Source of the DNA: Thalia democratica
Lineage: Eukaryota
Reading direction: 5' to 3'
Assembly: GCA_965202585.1 (NCBI GenBank)
Contig: OZ241828.1
Coordinates: forward strand, 42,160,001 to 42,224,000
DNA length: 64,000 nt
Positions 61,161 through 64,000 of the stretch are shown piece by piece. Position 1 is the stretch's first letter. Each line of letters begins with the position of its first letter. A program made the position numbers and the translations under genes. The notes below the pieces were generated by a model. The model did no database searches. It saw only the letters and a list, made by a program, of their open reading frames with translations, and was not told the DNA's origin.

Positions 61161-63512
61161 TTTTCGGAAATTTGGTTTAGATTGATTGATATCGTTTTAA
61201 GTCCCTGAATAACATTTTAAAACAACTAAAAGACTCTATTACTTTAACTTGAAAATGTTAAAAAGACAGATTAGCATTTGACAAGTGATCTTATGTCAGT
61301 TTCACAATAACTTTCTTATTGCATCTGTAAATTATTAGCTGAAAAAAGAAGTGCTTGGATGCAGTAGGTTATTTATGTAACATTTATTATTATTTATATA
61401 ACAAACTAAACGCAAATGCTTTTTATGTAATGCACAGTAAATAACTAAAATTTCATTCTGTATAGTTCAGGTATTTTGTTTAAAATGTAATTAGTACCTA
61501 AATTTTTTTATAAATGTTTTATCACAGTAATTTATATCTAAGTATGCACATAAACATTTAAAATAGCATAATAATAAATAGGTTTATTTTATTTTCCATT
61601 TAATACATATTAAATTTTAGAAGGATTGTGTGCAATTTAAATTAATTACTATACACACCAATGTACACAGATATTTAGAACCATTTTTTAAACCATTTTT
61701 TTAAATACTTAAGTTAGATTAAGTGAAGTTTGATCATATATATAATTTTTTTTTCTACTTGAAAATTTTAGTGTTTACAAACACTTTTAAAACAGTATAT
61801 ATGCAGAAATAAAAATTTACTTCTTATTTAAATTGGTATGTATACAGTTTCATTTTTCAAACAAAAGTTTTTGGTAGATCGAATTTATTTTTTTGCTTTC
61901 CACCCTAATATATATATACTATTTTTTGTAACTTCTTATTTAAGATATATTATATTTAGTGATGGTAAAATTAATAAATTTAAAAGTTGTTAATCAAAAT
62001 AGTTCAAATTCAATTAATTAAACAACTTAACTTTGCCACAATATTGGACTAAGTCAGTCATTGAATACTTTTTAAATTTCAGGCTAATTTAGACATTTTT
62101 TTAGTATTTAGCTTGAATTGCTTTTTTTGTTCTAAAATTTAAATCTAAGTTATCAGGCTAGTTTTTGGCACTTATTCAAAACTTTTTGCTTTGAAGAGTG
62201 GCAAACAAACTTATGATTTATGTTTTGTTATACTCACAGTTGTGGTTATGATTATAATATATTTTATGTTTTAAGTCTTGCAGCTGCTATACTTTGAAAT
62301 ATTATTTATATTAATTTATAAGTGTGAAAAATCAATGTTGACGTAATACCTTGAATTTGACAATTTGGCTACAAAAACCTGGAAATTGAGATTTAAAAAA
62401 AAGAGGTTTAAATGTTTTTTTTTAAAGCTACAGATGCAGATATGAACAATATTTTTTTTTCGTATGTGATTCAAATGATCCTTCCCTTCATTAATTTAAT
62501 TATTAATTCTTTTGCCATTTTTTGCGTTGTTTGATAACTTGTGATACAACTTAATTTACAAAAAAAAACAACTTCAATCAAGATATTGCACGCAGAAAAC
62601 TTTGATTGTAAATGTTCGTTAGACTTTAACTTAATTTTTTTTGTGTAAGTTTTTTAGAATCTAATTTTAATTTATAACTATTGAAGGTCAAAAAATTGTA
62701 GAAAAAAATTGTCTGATAAGTTTTAATTGCATCTAAAAAGTCAAAATCTGTTATTAGTTTAATGTTTCAAAGATTGTGTAAATTTTTATAGTTGTTTTCG
62801 TTTATCTGAAACTCCAAAAGTTTTGACTTTGTTTCAAGTGTCATTATATGGCACCACATTTCATAGATAATTTGTTTTTTTGTAGTACAAAGTTAAGTTG
62901 CTAAGACAAATGTTTTCAATTCAAACGGTATCTCTTTTTTAATAATTACATTTGCTTCTTTATAAATGCCTTGAAAATTAGTTCTGATCAGTCTGTAGTT
63001 ACTAAAGATAATCATGCGCTTTGTTAAAACTGACGTAAGCATTTTTTCGTTTCTTGCAATAACTCCTAACCAACGTTTTTATATTTTTATAGTTCGTCTT
63101 ATATTTCACATTTACTATTTTTAAATGCAAAATTTTTATTGAGATAAATTTTCATTTTTTCGTTATAAATATTTAAAAAACTTAAATACACATTCAAGCT
63201 GACTTATAAAATTTTTTTTTTTGTTTATATTTAATTTACTGTTAATAAACTTCGTTTTTTTTTTTGTAAACTTTGTTATAAACAGGGTTGCAAAAAAAAA
63301 ATGCCTAGTTTTGAGTTTTGTGTACTCAGACTAAATTAAACCTGTTTAAGACATTGTTAAAAACTCAGGTCTGTGTGAAATTTATTTTTCAAGTACTTTT
63401 AGTAAATCTATTAATACTCATAATAGTTTCATGACTTTAGTGTAGTTTATTTATTGTAATTTATTCTAGGCTACGTACATTTTTTGTACTTTTTAATAAT
63501 GATAATGTTTTA

Positions 63513-63908
63513 GTTAATTATTTAAGCTTGATTAACAGCAATTTTTAAGCTTTTTTAACTTTTAGTAAACTTAGACTGGTTTTATATAACTCAAACATTT
63601 TTGCTGTTAAAGTGACAACTATGTAAAAGACTAGTTAATTAGTAATAACGTATTTGAGCAATAATTATGTAAAAAAAATGTTTTAGGTTTCTTCAATACA
63701 AATAGGTTTTGTTAATTATTTAAGCTTGATTAACAGCAATTTTTAAGCTTTTTTAACTTTTAGTAAACTTAGACTGGTTTTATATAACTCAAACATTTTT
63801 GCTGTTAAAGTGACAACTATGTAAAAGACTAGTTAATTAGTAATAACGTATTTGAGCAATAATTATGTAAAAAAAATGTTTTAGGTTTCTTCAATACAAA
63901 TAGGTTTT
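63513..63908. repeat. Apparently perfect tandem duplication, 2 x 198 bp
   Basis: 63513-63710 and 63711-63908 read identically. Confidence 0.9.
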
Positions 63909-64000
63909 ATTTTCATGTAAACTAATTTCTGAAGTTTTAAAAGAGTGCAAATTTTTAAAAACTAAAAATTTATTTTCAATAATTAACAATTTTTTATATG

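Overview
Very AT-rich animal genomic DNA with spliceosomal introns and many transposons. The repeat types would fit a Hydra-like cnidarian, but that is inference only. Host genes: an RNF11-like RING-H2 gene (single coding exon, + strand, 7497-7985); a complete 23-exon TBC1D9/TBC1D8-family Rab-GAP gene (+ strand, 11769-41627, about 1233 aa as I spliced it); the last two exons of the kinesin-2 motor KIF3B (- strand, 59668-60437); and an intronless ARL13-like GTPase pseudogene (- strand, about 54560-55759). Mobile elements: a decayed Penelope-like element split by a hAT MITE; a young 3932-bp gag-only CsRn1-type Ty3/gypsy LTR element, antisense in TBC1D9 intron 1, with intact LTRs, tRNA-Trp PBS, PPT and 4-bp TSD; a gypsy integrase remnant; and Kolobok-, hAT-, MULE- and Tc1-like MITEs. 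Most notable: (i) three intronic copies of a small element carrying a minimal type I hammerhead ribozyme, two of them as fold-back palindromes with a hammerhead motif on each strand; (ii) the pol-less LTR element, whose ORF starts inside the LTR, reads through the PBS, and ends in unexplained sequence after a canonical -1 slippery site; (iii) two related orphan small-gene modules and a decayed EATRE-repeat ORF in 45-52 kb. No prokaryotic features, rRNA, tRNA or CRISPR were seen.
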